NCBI GenBank assembly: GCA_963808625.1
Contig: CAWEHK010000019.1
Coordinates: 32,001-96,000 of the forward strand
Direction of reading: 5' to 3'
Origin: an uncultured delta proteobacterium
Lineage (GTDB): Bacteria > Desulfobacterota > Syntrophobacteria > Syntrophobacterales > Syntrophobacteraceae
DNA: 64,000 nucleotides
The notes below the pieces were generated by a model. That model saw only the letters and a program-made list of their open reading frames with translations, searched no databases and had not been told where the DNA came from. Each line of letters starts with the position of its first letter. Within the stretch, counting starts at the first letter, position 1. Below, piece after piece: positions 60,447-64,000 of this stretch. A program made the position numbers and the translations under genes.

Positions 60447-60722
60447 TCAGTCTTGACGCACAAATAAGAAATAGAGGTTTACCACGGCCAGGACGACACA
60501 ACCGCCGATGAATTCAAGGAGGCTATCGAGGGGGATCGTCCGGTTGGAAGGCGGAAATGTGACTTGCAGCAGATAAGCAAGAGCGGCAAGCGAAAGAATA
60601 AAAATTATCGTTCTCAACCGCTTTCTGTAGACCAGGTATCCGAAGATAGGCAAACCGATCAGCCACACAAAGGGGTTCCGGAGCACCGCCTCCCATTTAA
60701 GATCAGCAAGCAATTGCGCCAT
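60447..60722 (-). CDS. Small hypothetical membrane protein (3 TM)
   Basis: Three hydrophobic segments; fills the gap co-oriented with acyP and ligA. Confidence 0.6.
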   Translation of the reverse strand: MAQLLADLKWEAVLRNPFVWLIGLPIFGYLVYRKRLRTIIFILSLAALAYLLQVTFPPSNRTIPLDSLLEFIGGCVVLAVVNLYFLFVRQD

Positions 60723-60794
60723 CTTACGAGAATCATAAGTAACGAGAAAATTGATCAGCGCTTCCCAAATTTTCTTTCGCCTGTTCCACGACGT

Positions 60795-61079
60795 TTACCT
60801 TCCGTAAGTAATGACAAAGCGATCGAAGGCCCCTTCATAAGCCTCTTCCTTCACTTCGACCTCGTCGACAAAGCCATAAGGACTGCCTCGCCGACACCAT
60901 GCTATCATCCGTTCAACCCTGTCCGCATCCCCCTCGAAGAGCGCTTCCACACTCCCGTCCCGGAGATTCCTCACCCACCCGGTGACCCCTTCACTGATCG
61001 CAGCATCGCGGGCAAACGCTCGAAAGCAGACCCCCTGGACCATGCCTCTTATCCGTACCCGAATGCGCTTTTTTTGCAT
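60795..61079 (-). CDS. acyP: Acylphosphatase
   Basis: [21 protein letters not shown]. Confidence 0.93.
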   Translation of the reverse strand: MQKKRIRVRIRGMVQGVCFRAFARDAAISEGVTGWVRNLRDGSVEALFEGDADRVERMIAWCRRGSPYGFVDEVEVKEEAYEGAFDRFVITYGR

Positions 61080-61155
61080 CGCGGCCTCGCCTGATTCCAG
61101 CGTCCCATGAGCGACTGAGTACACCTCCGCACAATAGTCACCTTAATCCCAACGC

Positions 61156-61218
61156 GTCATTCCGGTGAAAACCGGAATCCAGAAAACCTGCCTGGATAAA
61201 GGCTTTCGCCGGTATGAC
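61156..61218. repeat. GTCATTCCGG...CCGGAATCCAG palindrome pair
   Basis: GTCATTCCGGTGAAAACCGGAATCCAG...CTGGATAAAGGCTTTCGCCGGTATGAC. Confidence 0.8.
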
Positions 61219-61296
61219 GATCAGATTCGGGAGCCTTATTGATCGGGAGCGTTACGGAGATGTCTCTCCACACTCGTTCACCATATCTGGCAGCAA

Positions 61297-63495
<2,199 letters not shown>

Positions 63496-63572
63496 TCAGA
63501 GGGTGTCTAAAAACCCTCAACAAGTGCCTTTGTGATAGGTACCGTGACGCTCCAAAAGTCCAAAATCGTCTC

Positions 63573-64000
63573 CTAACCCAGGGAAGCGACGGCCTTCAAG
63601 ACTGATTTTGCCAATTCGGCCCGCGTCCGGATGAAGCCACGCTCCCTGAAACCATGGACCCATGTCAGCGAAGAAAGATCGTCGGAAACCACCAGGGCAG
63701 CAGCTATAAGGATACCACGAAAAGCAGCGACGGTGAACAACGCGGAGGTTTCCATCTCCACCGCGAGGACCCCCGCCTGTTGGAAGGTTGACACCTTTTC
63801 GACCGTCTCCCGGAAAGGAGCATCCATGCTCCACACCGTCCCTTCATGGACCCTCATCAACCCTGCCGGTAATAACTCTTTGAGCGCATCGAGCAGCTTT
63901 CGGGAGGGTCCGGGCTGAGGATGTGAGATCGGGTAGTGAGGCGACGTTCCCTCTTCGGAATAGGCGCCGGTTGGCAACACGAGGTCACCGATCCTGACAT
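63573..64000 (-). CDS. Nucleoside phosphorylase (PNP/UDP family), 5' part outside the window
   Basis: EEGTS.HY, WSMDAPFRET, LAVEMETSALF, VVSD. Confidence 0.85.
   Translation of the reverse strand, partial: VRIGDLVLPTGAYSEEGTSPHYPISHPQPGPSRKLLDALKELLPAGLMRVHEGTVWSMDAPFRETVEKVSTFQQAGVLAVEMETSALFTVAAFRGILIAAALVVSDDLSSLTWVHGFRERGFIRTRAELAKSVLKAVASLG

Overview
GC-rich chromosomal window, most consistent with an anaerobic Desulfobacterota (deltaproteobacterial, Syntrophobacterales-like) organism; this assignment is inferred from gene content (NuoBCD fusion, MesB-like methionine synthase, short PurH, multiheme cytochromes). In order: (1) a B12-dependent diol/glycerol dehydratase microcompartment operon (gldA-pduA-pduB-pduCDE, running off the left edge); (2) a YeiH-exporter / small-protein / TerC / cytidylate-kinase-like-BON cluster; (3) an uncharacterised three-gene unit of two Fem/GNAT-like paralogues (one fused to a TraB/GumN domain) plus a radical SAM/SPASM-type enzyme, divergent from a family B DNA polymerase; (4) an HAO-family octaheme cytochrome with an apparently altered active site, divergent from an 11-subunit complex I (nuoA-BCD-H-I-J-K-L-M-N, no nuoEFG); (5) a CsgG-DUF4810-DUF799 operon, an internally deleted ISAs1 remnant, a 9-heme cytochrome and a stand-alone LigD phosphoesterase; (6) housekeeping genes (purH-like, fadL, mesB-like, mobB-mobA-moeA, lgt, ABC permeases, xseAB-ispA-dxs-tlyA-rlmH, hpt, serS, ihfB, ligA). 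Intergenic DNA is dense with several families of short palindromic repeats, heptamer tandem repeats and two complete MITEs that carry palindromes as cargo. About 30 single-base frameshifts, some in conserved housekeeping genes, are most likely long-read indel errors rather than pseudogenes. No rRNA, tRNA or CRISPR array was seen. All family names come from motif recognition; no database search was run.
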